A stretch of DNA of 64,000 nucleotides, from the NCBI GenBank assembly GCA_963729605.1, contig CAVSNY010000006.1:64001-128000 (forward strand). Direction: 5' to 3'. The notes below the pieces were generated by a model. It was not told the DNA's origin and did no database searches. It was given only the letters and a program-made list of their open reading frames with translations. Position 1 is the first letter of the stretch, and each line of letters opens with the position of its first letter. The DNA comes from an uncultured Gammaproteobacteria bacterium (lineage in GTDB: Bacteria; Pseudomonadota; Gammaproteobacteria; DRLM01). Position numbers and translations under genes: made by a program. This document shows positions 31,495 through 41,283 of this stretch, in pieces.

Positions 31495-31778
31495 TCTTCT
31501 TGTAAAAGTGCAATATTAAAAATTCAAAGCATCTTAAATCTATGACGCGAGGCCAAGGCCTTAAATTATCCGCGATTATAAGAATTCATCCTGACTTGGC
31601 CCATCTCCATAACAGGTTTCAATGCCTTTTAGTTGGCGAGGGTGCCCCGCCGAACGAATAACACGATAATTTACCAAATAGCACCCGGAATGGTAGAGTG
31701 AACGCCCCTGCGGAGGCTATTCAAAAAATACATACGGTTTCAGCAGGCTATTATCCAACACACTACTAGGGAGGCGCC

Positions 31779-32880
31779 ATGGCTCGCAAAAAAACGTATC
31801 TTGTCGTTAAACAACTCATCGGCGGAATATCGGCGTTAGGATTAGCCCTGCAATCTGGGTTAGTCGGCGCTCAAGAGGGGGAAACGGATCAATCCGTCGG
31901 GCATACAGCGAAGGTTCTGCAACTTTCGGGCGAAAACCCCATCACCTTCGGCGCCGGTTTGACCATGGTAGGCCAGGGCATGCGCGGCGACACCGACGAT
32001 TCCGGCCTCACCTACTCGGCCGACCTCGCCTTTACCGGCGATTTCGGTGATCGCGGCACGGCATTTATCTACATCAACACCGCGCAAGGCACCGGCATCG
32101 ATACCGGCGCGGCCACCGGCCCCAACGCCGACAATGAAACCGGCGACTTGGCCGCGGAAGGTTATAGCGAAACCCGCATCGCCGAGGCCTGGTATGAACT
32201 CCCGCTCAATGAGATGACCCGCGTACGTTTCGGTAAGATCGACCCCACCGGCATCTACGACGGCAATATGGTCGCCAACGACGAAACCACCCAGTTTCTC
32301 GCCGACACCTTCGTCAACAATGCCGCCATCGCCTTCCCCGGCTACACCGGCGGCATCAATCTCGCGATCACCCCCAATGAGGCCTGGTCGGTCAACGTCG
32401 GTGTATTCGAATCCAGCGGCGATTTCGACGGTTCATTGGGCAACTCGTTCATCATCGGCGAAGTCGGTTTCGCCAACGAACTCGCCGGCCGGCCGGGAAA
32501 TCTGCGCCTCACCAGCTGGTCTGAAGACTCCACTAAAAATAAAGGCTACGCCCTCAGCGTCGACCAAAGCGTCAGCGACAGCGTGACGCTGTTCGCGCGT
32601 TACGGCAATCAGGACGATGAACAGGATTTCGACAACGCCTTCAGCCTGGGTGGACAACTGGCCTTGGGCGACAACACCCTCGGCGCCGGTTATTCGCTGC
32701 TCACCACCACCGGCCTCGCCGGCCCGGACGACGAGTCGCAGATTGAACTCTATATACAGCCATACCGTGAATAAAAATCTGCACGTGACACTGGACCTGC
32801 AATCGATCAGCAACCCCGGTTTCAACAGCGCGAACGATGACGTCTTCGTTTACGGTGTCCGCGGCCAGGTCGATTTTTAA
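31779..32880 (+). pseudogene. OprB-like carbohydrate porin family protein, +1 frameshift at about 32754
   Basis: IAEAWY, FGKIDP..YD.N..ANDETTQFL, LFARYG; removing one A in CTCTATATACAGC gives ELYYSHTVNKNLHVTLDLQ..NPG...GVRGQVDF with terminal Phe. Confidence 0.8.
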
Positions 32881-32924
32881 ACTTGAAATAACCGGCGAAT
32901 GTTCATTCAGCGAGGACTATTAAT

Positions 32925-33713
32925 ATGAGAAAAATGACCGTGGCAAAGGCGCTGTCCGGCCTTATCGGCATCACCATGGCGGGCGCGGCCAGCGCGCATT
33001 TTCAAATGGTGATCCCCTCCAGCGACATGGTAAGCACCCCCGCCGAGCGGAAGCTCAACCTGGACGTGAAATTTTGGCATCCCTTCGAAGGGCACGGCAT
33101 GGACATGGAATCACCCGCCAAATTCGGTGTATGGATCGACGGCGAAACCGTGGATCTGCGCAATAGCCTGAAGCCACAGACCTACACCGACGTGGAAGGG
33201 AAGAAGCATAAGGGTTTCCATGCCGACTACAGCCTTAAAAAACCGGGCGATCACATTTTCTTCATCGAACCCAAACCCTATTGGGAACCGTCGGAAGAGG
33301 CCTTCATCGTTCATTACACCAAAGTCGTGGTCAACGGCATGGGCCTGGAAGAAGGGTGGGATGAAGAACTCGGTCTCAAAACCGAAATCATACCGCTCAC
33401 CCGTCCTTACGGCCTGTATGCCGGCAACGTCTTCCAGGGAATAGTGAAGGTCAACGGCAAGCCCGTGCCTTTCACGGAAGTGGAAGTGGAGTATTACAAC
33501 GAAGACGGCAAATTGAAGGCATCCGCGGGGCCTTTGATCACCCAAGTGATCAAGGCCGACGCCAACGGTATCTTCACCTACGCCATGCCCAAGGCCGGCT
33601 GGTGGGGATTCGCCGCGCTGAATGAAGATGAAAAGAAAATGAAGCACGAGGGCAAGGACTACCCGGTGGAAATCGGCGCCCTGCTGTGGGTCAAGACCCA
33701 CAATATGAAATAG
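32925..33713 (+). CDS. DUF4198 periplasmic nickel/cobalt uptake-associated protein
   Basis: ASA|[39 protein letters not shown]. Confidence 0.88.
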   Translation: MRKMTVAKALSGLIGITMAGAASAHFQMVIPSSDMVSTPAERKLNLDVKFWHPFEGHGMDMESPAKFGVWIDGETVDLRNSLKPQTYTDVEGKKHKGFHADYSLKKPGDHIFFIEPKPYWEPSEEAFIVHYTKVVVNGMGLEEGWDEELGLKTEIIPLTRPYGLYAGNVFQGIVKVNGKPVPFTEVEVEYYNEDGKLKASAGPLITQVIKADANGIFTYAMPKAGWWGFAALNEDEKKMKHEGKDYPVEIGALLWVKTHNMK

Positions 33714-33724
33714 GTCATACTACA

Positions 33725-33764
33725 TTTGGCTCGGCGGGGCCGATAAACATCTCGCCGAGCCAAA
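33725..33764 (+). terminator. hairpin after the DUF4198 gene
   Basis: TTTGGCTCGGCGGG...CTCGCCGAGCCAAA. Confidence 0.55.
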
Positions 33765-33854
33765 CGTCCCGCGGTTTCCTATACTGGTCTCAAGCCGGGT
33801 CGACAATAGAGCATGACCCCGGCTTCTTCAACGCCAACTCGAAGGAGTACCACC

Positions 33855-34220
33855 ATGATTAAACGTCCTATGCTCGCCATGTTCTGGAACGCGGTCCTGC
33901 TCCTCGGCTGGTCGGGTTACGCCGCCGCCCACTCCAGCTTGCATCACTCGGACCCGGCCGCCAACAGCACGGTCGCCTCGCCGCCCGTGGTGCAACTCTG
34001 GTTCAGCAAACCTCTGGAAGCGTCATTCAGCAAAGTGAACGTCGTCGACGGGCAAGGCAAGACGGTGGACAAAGGCGATGGCGCGGTCAAAGGCGAAGAC
34101 GCCAAACTACTGGAAACAAGTCTGCCCCCCCTGGCGGCGGGCACCTATAAAGTCATTTGGCGCATCGTGGCGATGGACGGGCACAAGTCCAAGGGCGAAT
34201 ACAGCTTCACCGTCAAATAA
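33855..34220 (+). CDS. copC: copper resistance protein CopC
   Basis: AAA|HSSL..SDPAA, L.FSKPLE, GTYKVIWR..AMDGH..KG...FTV. Confidence 0.9.
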   Translation: MIKRPMLAMFWNAVLLLGWSGYAAAHSSLHHSDPAANSTVASPPVVQLWFSKPLEASFSKVNVVDGQGKTVDKGDGAVKGEDAKLLETSLPPLAAGTYKVIWRIVAMDGHKSKGEYSFTVK

Positions 34221-34232
34221 AGGCCGCCCACG

Positions 34233-35261
34233 GTGATCGACAATCCCGTCTCCGTCGCCGTCACGGCGATCGAGTTGGTCATCCTCGCCGCGGCCATGGG
34301 CGCCGTGGCCGGCGCATTGTGGATATTACCCGCCGGCAACAACACCTCATCGCCACAAAATCCGCCGCATCTGTATCGCCGGCTTAGCACGTTGTTAGGC
34401 TTGTGCCTGGTCGCCCTCACCTTCACCAGCCTTGCCGGCTTGCTGCTGCGCACCGCCAGCATGAGCGAGCTGCCGGTGTGGAGCGCCTTCCCGGCGCTGG
34501 GTACGGTACTCTTCAAAACCCATTTCGGGGAACTGTGGTTATGGCGGGCCGCGGCGCTGCTGGGCCTGTGGATCATCTGGGCGCTGCAACGACGTAATCC
34601 GTCATCACGCAGCCTGTCGGCCGGCGGATTCATCGCCCTGGCCGCCATCATCTTCACGCTCAGCGGCTCGGGTCACCCCGGCGACGACGGTCTGCTGTCC
34701 CTCGCCAATCTCGCCAACACCCTGCACATCATCGGGGCCTTTTTGTGGGGCGGCGGCATCATCGCCATGATGGTGATCATCCTGCCCGCCCTGCTGCGCG
34801 ACCGTACGGCCGCGCGCGAACTCATCGCACTGACCAGCTTGCGCCTGTCCACCCTGGCCGGCATCGCCCTGGCCATGGTGCTGGTGCCGGGCATATACAA
34901 CGCCTGGCTGCTGGTCGGCAGCTGGCGGGGCTTATGGGAAAATCTCTACGGGCAATTACTGCTGGCGAAGATCGTACTGGCCGGCGCCATGGCCGGCCTG
35001 GGCGCGCTCAATCGCTATGTGTACGTTCCGGCCATTCAGCGCCACGCCGGATTGCCCGAACCGCGCATCCTGCTGCCTCTGCCGCGCTTCATGCACACCC
35101 ATGACAACGCCGGCTCTCCAAAACACTTCCTCAAAAGCCTGCGCGTGGAAGCGGCCCTGCTGATCGGCGTACTCGCCTTCGCCGCCGCGCTCTCGCAACA
35201 GACACCGGCGGCCCATGATGAACATGATATGGCTGAACACACCGACCCGGCCTCCGAATAA
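34233..35261 (+). CDS. copD: copper resistance D family membrane protein
   Basis: TM helices, T.FGELW, SGSGH, LHII...WGGG, YGQLLLAKI, GALNR; follows copC. Confidence 0.88.
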   Translation: MIDNPVSVAVTAIELVILAAAMGAVAGALWILPAGNNTSSPQNPPHLYRRLSTLLGLCLVALTFTSLAGLLLRTASMSELPVWSAFPALGTVLFKTHFGELWLWRAAALLGLWIIWALQRRNPSSRSLSAGGFIALAAIIFTLSGSGHPGDDGLLSLANLANTLHIIGAFLWGGGIIAMMVIILPALLRDRTAARELIALTSLRLSTLAGIALAMVLVPGIYNAWLLVGSWRGLWENLYGQLLLAKIVLAGAMAGLGALNRYVYVPAIQRHAGLPEPRILLPLPRFMHTHDNAGSPKHFLKSLRVEAALLIGVLAFAAALSQQTPAAHDEHDMAEHTDPASE

Positions 35262-35442
35262 TTGAAACGCCGTCGGCGGCGTCTTCATCTTAAAACCGCA
35301 GAGACCAGACACGGAGATCACGAGGACACGGAAATCAGGAAAGTGTGGCATTGGGCGAGCCAATCCGCAGCGTGACTTCGACACGGTAGTTGATCTCCCC
35401 GTAATCTCCGCGCCCCGTGGTCAACGGCTTTTTTAGGTTTAA

Positions 35443-36657
35443 TCAACAACCACCGTCGAGCAATTCCACCCAATGCCGCACCTGTACCGCGGCCCCGCTT
35501 TGCAAATGCAGCTGACAGCCGATGTTGGCGGTGACGATGAGGTCGGGCGCGCCGGCTTGCAGCGCGGTGAGTTTATTGGCGAGTAATTGTTGCGAGAGTT
35601 CCGGCTGCAGGATCGAATAGGTGCCCGCCGAGCCACAGCAGAGATGTCCGTCCGCCACCGCGGTGAGTTGATACCCGCAACGGCGCAACACATCTTCGAC
35701 CACGCCGTTGACTTGTTGTCCATGCTGTAAAGTGCAGGGCGCGTGAAACGCCACCTTGCGGCCGCGGCCGTTCACGGTCAGCGTTTCCACCTGCTCACCC
35801 GCGAGAATCTCGCCGAGGTCTTTGGTCAAGGCGCTGATACGCGCGGCCTTGGCCGCGTAAACAGGATCATCGTGCAATAATGCGCCGTAATCCTTCACCA
35901 CCGCACCGCACCCGCTCGCCGTCATCACGATGGCCTCCGCGCCCGCCTCGACGTGGGGCCACCACGCATCGATGTTGCGGCGCATGAAATTGCGCGCATC
36001 GTCGTGCGCCGAGAGATGATGGCTGAGCGCGCCGCAACAGCCGGCATCCACGGCGCGGATCAAACTAATGCCCAGCTTGTCCAAGACCCGCGCCGCCGCC
36101 GCGTTGGTATTGGGCGCCGCGGCGGGTTGCACGCAGCCGTCGAGCACCAGCATCTTGCGCGCGTGGCGCGCGACCGGCCAAGCCGCCGCGGCCTGCACCG
36201 CCGGTATTTTCTTGCGCAAGGCCGCCGGCAAAAAAGGCCGCAGCGCACGGCCGATGCGCAACAGCGCGGCGAAACGTTGCGGATAAGGAATCAGCGCGCG
36301 CAACACGGCGCGCCGCGCGCGTGCGCCGAACGAGCGCGGTACCTTTTCCTCCACCATCGCCCGGCCGATGTCGACCAGCCGGCCGTAACGCACGCCCGAC
36401 GGACAGGTGGTTTCACAGGAGCGGCAGGTGAGACAGCGGTCGAGATGCAGCTGAGTCTTCTCCGTGACCGGGCCGCCCTCCAGCACCTGCTTGATGAGAT
36501 AGATGCGGCCGCGCGGACTATCCAGTTCATCGCCGAGCAATTGATAAGTGGGACAGGTGGCGGTGCAGAAACCGCAATGCACGCAGGAACGCAGGATGGC
36601 ATCCGCCTCCCGGCCTTCGGGCGTGTCTTTTACCGCATCGCTGAGTGACGTCTGCAT
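35443..36657 (-). CDS. glcF: glycolate oxidase/dehydrogenase Fe-S subunit
   Basis: CVHCGFC.ATCPTY, DSPRGRI, CLTCRSCETTCPSGV, CCG domains. Confidence 0.95.
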   Translation of the reverse strand: MQTSLSDAVKDTPEGREADAILRSCVHCGFCTATCPTYQLLGDELDSPRGRIYLIKQVLEGGPVTEKTQLHLDRCLTCRSCETTCPSGVRYGRLVDIGRAMVEEKVPRSFGARARRAVLRALIPYPQRFAALLRIGRALRPFLPAALRKKIPAVQAAAAWPVARHARKMLVLDGCVQPAAAPNTNAAAARVLDKLGISLIRAVDAGCCGALSHHLSAHDDARNFMRRNIDAWWPHVEAGAEAIVMTASGCGAVVKDYGALLHDDPVYAAKAARISALTKDLGEILAGEQVETLTVNGRGRKVAFHAPCTLQHGQQVNGVVEDVLRRCGYQLTAVADGHLCCGSAGTYSILQPELSQQLLANKLTALQAGAPDLIVTANIGCQLHLQSGAAVQVRHWVELLDGGC

Positions 36658-36692
36658 AATTTAAGCTTTACACGATCGCTAATGACTGGTGA

Positions 36693-37745
36693 TTACAACG
36701 CCGCATACATCCGCCCGCGATTGAATATCCCTTTGGGGTCGAAGGCCTGCTTCACCCGTTGCTGCAAGGTCAGCAGCGCGGGCGGCAAGGGATGGAAACG
36801 TTCATCGCCCGCACCGCCGCGAAACAACAGCGCATGGCCGCCGGCCTGTTCAGCGGCCTTGCGCACAGTAGCGGCGTCGGCCGCGGTTTTCAACCAACGC
36901 AGCGCTCCGCCCCACTCCAGCAGCCAGTCACCGGCGAGGGCCAGCGGCGGCGTCGCGGGCGGCACCGATAGCCGCCACAGCAGCGTAGCATCATCGAAAA
37001 ACGCATGGCGCTGCTCGCGCACCCGTTGCCAGAACTCGGCGGCGTCATCGACGATCTCGCCGCCGATCTGCCGGTGCGCACTCTCGACCGCCGACGCGGC
37101 GCCCGACAGCCGCACGTACAACACACCGGCGGCCACACAGGTCGCCGAGACCGGCAGCGGCCGCCCCGCCCAGCGATTCATCTGCGCGATCGCGTCGACG
37201 CCGGGCAGCGCGAGGGTGAGCTCGTACGCGGGCCGCGGCAATACTTTCAAGCTCACATCGAGGATCACGCCGAGCGTGCCCAGCGCACCCGTCATCAGCC
37301 GCGACACATCATAACCCGCGACGTTCTTCATCACCTCGCCGCCGAAATGCAGCACCTCACCGCGGCCGTTGATGATGGCCATTCCCAGCACGAAATCGCG
37401 CGCCGCGCCCGCATACGCGCGCCGCGGCCCCGACAGACCGCAGGCGATGGTCCCGCCCAGCGTCGCCGCGTCGCCGTAATGCGGCGGCTCGAAGGCGAGG
37501 ATCTGCTTGTGCTCTTCCAGCGCGGCCTCGATCTCGCGCAGCGGCGTGCCCGCGCGCGCCGTGAGCACAAGCTCGGTCGGCTGATAATGGACGATGCCGC
37601 GATGACCCGTCACATCGAGCGGCTCGCCTTCTGCCGCGCTGCCGAGAAAGGCCTTCGTCCCGCCGCCAACGATGCGCAGCGGCGCCGCGCGCGCGAGCGC
37701 ATCGCGCACCTGCGTCTCAAGCTGGGAGGTCAAATCCTTGTACAT
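36693..37745 (-). CDS. glcE: glycolate oxidase FAD-binding subunit
   Basis: GGGTK, YQPTELV.TARAGT, SGPRR, GGEVMKNVAGYDV, FDP.GIFN.GR. Confidence 0.95.
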   Translation of the reverse strand: MYKDLTSQLETQVRDALARAAPLRIVGGGTKAFLGSAAEGEPLDVTGHRGIVHYQPTELVLTARAGTPLREIEAALEEHKQILAFEPPHYGDAATLGGTIACGLSGPRRAYAGAARDFVLGMAIINGRGEVLHFGGEVMKNVAGYDVSRLMTGALGTLGVILDVSLKVLPRPAYELTLALPGVDAIAQMNRWAGRPLPVSATCVAAGVLYVRLSGAASAVESAHRQIGGEIVDDAAEFWQRVREQRHAFFDDATLLWRLSVPPATPPLALAGDWLLEWGGALRWLKTAADAATVRKAAEQAGGHALLFRGGAGDERFHPLPPALLTLQQRVKQAFDPKGIFNRGRMYAAL

Positions 37746-37774
37746 GAGCACACAGCAGGACGTGCGATCCACAT

Positions 37775-38085
37775 CCCCCGTAGACGCAGCCGAGCATCGC
37801 AGATCAGGAGAGAACAGGCCCGCAGGGGCGCGGCAAGGATGCCGCGCGTTTTCCGACAGGCCAGGGAGGGCCTGTCGGAAAACCCCTCTCCTGATCGAGA
37901 AGCGCAGGGTACCCGCAGGGCAAGTCTCCGGGCGGCCTTTCTTTTGGTTACTTTTCTTTGGCCGCGCAAAGAAAAGTAACTCGCCCGCGGTGCGAGAACC
38001 GCATTAAATAATGCCTTCTGGTCAACGTTTTTTGGGGACGCAAAGAAAAGCAGATCGCTCGCGGTGCGAACGGCGTAGTCGAGAA
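37775..38085. repeat. multi-hairpin intergenic element (MITE-like) between glcD and glcE
   Basis: Nested inverted repeats including TTTTCCGACAGGCC/GGCCTGTCGGAAAA and GTTACTTTTCTTTG/CAAAGAAAAGTAAC. Confidence 0.7.
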
Positions 38086-38106
38086 TACGTTTACATAGCG
38101 CTTGCA

Positions 38107-39600
38107 TCAAAATCTATCCAACTCCGGAAAGCGTACCTGCCCGGCATGCACATGCATCGCCCCGAACTCCGCGCAGCGATGCAGCGTCGGCACCGCCTTG
38201 CCCGGATTCAGCAAGCCCGCCGGGTCGAACGCCGCTTTGATCGCGTGAAATTGCTGCAACTCCGCCGGCCGGAACTGCACGCACATCTGATCGATCTTCT
38301 CCATGCCGACGCCGTGCTCGCCGGTGATCGTGCCGCCGACCGCGACGCAGAGCTCCAGTATCTTGCCGCCGAATTCCTCTGTGCGTTGCAGCTCGCCCGG
38401 CTTGTTGGCGTCGTACAAGATCAATGGATGCAGATTGCCGTCGCCGGCATGAAACACATTGGCGACCGGCAGATTGTATTCATGCGACAGCTCGGCGATG
38501 CGCCGCAACACCGCCGGCAAATGCCGACGGGGGATGGTGCCGTCCATGCAATAATAATCGGGCGCGAGGCGGCCCACCGCGGGAAACGCCGCCTTGCGGC
38601 CTTTCCACAACATGGCGCGTTCGTGCTCGTCGCGCGCCGTGCGCACTTCCACCGCGCCACACAGCGCGAGAATGTCGTGGATGTGCATGATGTGCTCGGA
38701 CACCTCTTCATTGGTCCCGTCGACCTCGCACAGCAGAATCGCCTCGGCGTTGAGCGGGTATCCGGCATGTACGAAATCCTCGGCGGCCTTGATCGCGAGC
38801 CGATCCATCATCTCGAGGCCAGCCGGGATGATGCCCGCGGCGATGATCTCGCCCACCGCCGCGCCCGCCTTCACGACGTCGTCGAAGGCCGCGAGCACGA
38901 CCTGCGCGCGTTCGGGCAGCGGCAGCAGCTTCACCGTCACCTCGACGATGACGCCGAGCATGCCCTCCGAGCCGTGGAACAACGCGAGCAAGTCATAACC
39001 CGGCGCATCGAGTGCGTCGCCGCCGAGGGTCAGCCGCTCGCCCTCGGCGGTGACGATCTCGAGCTTCAGCACATTGTGCACGGTGAGCCCGTATTTGAGG
39101 CAATGCACGCCGCCCGAGTTCTCGGCGACGTTGCCGCCGATGGTGCAGGCGATCTGCGACGAGGGATCGGGCGCGTAATAAAGGCCGTGCGGCGCCGCGG
39201 CCTGCGAGATCGCGAGATTGCGCACGCCGGGCTGTACGCGCGCGGTGCGGTTGAGCGGATCGATCGCGAGGATGGATTTGAACTTGGCGAGGCTCAGCAC
39301 CACACCGTGCTCGTGCGGCAACGCGCCGCCCGACAGGCCGGTGCCGGCGCCGCGCGCCACCACCGGCACGCCGCGGGCGTGACAGAGCCGCATCACGGCC
39401 TGCACCTGTTCGATCGTGCTCGGCAGCACGACGATCATGGGCAAACGGCGATAGGCCGAGAGGCCGTCGCATTCGTAGGGACGCAGGTCTTCCTCGTCGC
39501 AGAGCACGGCCTCGCGCGGCAGCAATGCGCGCAGCGCCGCCAGCAACGCATCCTTCTCGGCGCCCGTGTATTTCACCGTCGGCTGTTCATGCATGCTCAT
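38107..39600 (-). CDS. glcD: glycolate oxidase subunit D
   Basis: YECDGL, RGAGTGLSGG, YAPDPSSQ.ACTIGGN.AENSGG.HCLKYG, HAGDGNLHP, GEHGVG. Confidence 0.96.
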   Translation of the reverse strand: MSMHEQPTVKYTGAEKDALLAALRALLPREAVLCDEEDLRPYECDGLSAYRRLPMIVVLPSTIEQVQAVMRLCHARGVPVVARGAGTGLSGGALPHEHGVVLSLAKFKSILAIDPLNRTARVQPGVRNLAISQAAAPHGLYYAPDPSSQIACTIGGNVAENSGGVHCLKYGLTVHNVLKLEIVTAEGERLTLGGDALDAPGYDLLALFHGSEGMLGVIVEVTVKLLPLPERAQVVLAAFDDVVKAGAAVGEIIAAGIIPAGLEMMDRLAIKAAEDFVHAGYPLNAEAILLCEVDGTNEEVSEHIMHIHDILALCGAVEVRTARDEHERAMLWKGRKAAFPAVGRLAPDYYCMDGTIPRRHLPAVLRRIAELSHEYNLPVANVFHAGDGNLHPLILYDANKPGELQRTEEFGGKILELCVAVGGTITGEHGVGMEKIDQMCVQFRPAELQQFHAIKAAFDPAGLLNPGKAVPTLHRCAEFGAMHVHAGQVRFPELDRF

Positions 39601-39686
39601 CTATCGCGCACTTTAAAGATCGGCATTGGACGCATTATGCCTCAGCCGCCGCATCGGCGCAGCGTGAAAGGTCCGCGGCCGGCGGT

Positions 39687-41012
39687 TCACCGCGGCGGCC
39701 GCAGCCGCCGGAACACCGTCGCGAGTGCCTGCTCGTCGCCGACGTTGCCCGGAAAGATCACGACCGGCATGTCGGGAAACCGCGGGTGATCCGCCGGGCA
39801 GCGCACCACCGAGCAGCCCGCGAGGATCTGGCCGAGCACGCGCGCGCTCTTGAGCGCGAGGCCGCTGCTCAGCACGTCGTTCGAAGTGATGCCGCCCTTG
39901 CTGATCAAAAAACCGAGCTCGGCCGGCAGCGCGCGCACGACGTCCATCAAAAAGGCCGAGACGCGTTCGCCGAACGCGAGACGCGTCTCCGTATCGGCGA
40001 AGCGCATTTCGGTGCGGCTGGTGTAGATCACGGGCGTAAGATCGGAACGATGCGCCTCCGCCGCGGCCTGTTCGACCTGCCGCAACAGGGCCGTGCGCTC
40101 GCCGTCGATGCGCGCGACGTCGATCTCGATCGGCACGGCGTCCGGCTCCTTCAGCAACTGTTCCAACTGCAAGGTGCTCTTGCGCACATGCGAGCCGACG
40201 ACGACCGCACCCGCGCGGCCGCCGCGCACGTAGTTCGCCATGGCCTCGGCGGCGACCGGCTGCGGCGGCAGCGCCGCGAGCGCGGTGAGCAGGCTCGCGG
40301 CGCTGCGGAACAAGAAGCGCTTGCCCTCGGCCGCGGCGCGTTTGATCTCGGCGGCGAAGTGGTCGAGATCGGCCTGGCGTTCGGCGTCGACCACGCCGCA
40401 GCGGTTGCCGTGCAATTGCAGCAGCCGCGGCAACAGCCCGCCGCGCACGTCGGCCAGCAGAAAACGTTCGACGTCCTGCGCGGCGATGCGGCCGCGGGTC
40501 TTTTCTTCGACGTAGGCCGGCAGATAGCTCGTGGTGTAGCCGAACACCGAGTCGCGCGCGAACTCGGTCTCGTGGGTCGGCACCGGGCGGCCATCGACGA
40601 TCAAATAGTGAATGCTGTCGCGGGTGATACGGCCGCCTTCGAAAAACGCCGGCACCAGGAAGTGCGCGTCGAAGGGGCCGAGCTCCTCGGCAATCACATC
40701 GGTCTCGACCGGATAATGGCCACGCAAGGTCGAATCGGAACGGCTCACCAGCACGGGATTGATCGCGCGGCCCTCACCGCGCAAGCCATCGAGCGCGGTC
40801 TTGAGATTGCGGCACACCTCGCGCGTCACCGCCGCCGCGCGCGGCGCATCCATGCCGCGGGTGTTGGTGAGCACGAAGAACAGCGGCGCGGCGTCGAGCA
40901 AGGCCGCCCGCAGCGTGGCCACGTCCCAGCGCGTCAGCAGCAGGCAGCCGTGTACGGTCTGCGAGCCGGTCGGGTCGTCATCGAGGACGATGATCTTTGT
41001 TTGTTCGCTCAT
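39687..41012 (-). CDS. DUF1537 four-carbon acid-sugar kinase family protein
   Basis: KIIVLDDDPTGSQTVH, SRSDSTLRGH, PAFFEGGR.T, VGSH, KGGITS.D, FPGNVG. Confidence 0.9.
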   Translation of the reverse strand: MSEQTKIIVLDDDPTGSQTVHGCLLLTRWDVATLRAALLDAAPLFFVLTNTRGMDAPRAAAVTREVCRNLKTALDGLRGEGRAINPVLVSRSDSTLRGHYPVETDVIAEELGPFDAHFLVPAFFEGGRITRDSIHYLIVDGRPVPTHETEFARDSVFGYTTSYLPAYVEEKTRGRIAAQDVERFLLADVRGGLLPRLLQLHGNRCGVVDAERQADLDHFAAEIKRAAAEGKRFLFRSAASLLTALAALPPQPVAAEAMANYVRGGRAGAVVVGSHVRKSTLQLEQLLKEPDAVPIEIDVARIDGERTALLRQVEQAAAEAHRSDLTPVIYTSRTEMRFADTETRLAFGERVSAFLMDVVRALPAELGFLISKGGITSNDVLSSGLALKSARVLGQILAGCSVVRCPADHPRFPDMPVVIFPGNVGDEQALATVFRRLRPPR

Positions 41013-41034
41013 GGATAAATCACTCTTCTCCAAC

Positions 41035-41223
41035 TCCCCCCGCTCCCGCGGGCGGGGAGAGGGGCGGGGTGAGGGTTCCGAAAGAATCTTCACTGCGCGA
41101 GGAGCACCATTTCTTTTCCGTCCCTCACCCGGCCCTGCGGGCCACCCTCTCCCGCCCGCGGGAGAGGGGCAGCGCGATAGCGGTGTGCCCTCTTTAGCTA
41201 CCCTCTTCCGCGTGCGGGAGAGT
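41035..41223. repeat. cluster of BoxC-like palindromic repeats
   Basis: CGGGGAGAGGGGCGGGGTGAGGG (reverse), CCCTCACCCGG..CCCTCTCCCGCCCGCGGGAGAGGGG, CCCTCTTCCGCGTGCGGGAGAG. Confidence 0.75.
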
Positions 41224-41283
41224 GAAAAGCAATGCAGCGTTGGGTACGTTCACAAACATGAACCCAAGCCCTTTGGCTCGAGC

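Noticed and set aside
37672-38110. ORFs across the glcD-glcE spacer (..GRPFFWLLFFGRAKKSN..)
   Set aside because: They are translations of the palindromic repeat element.
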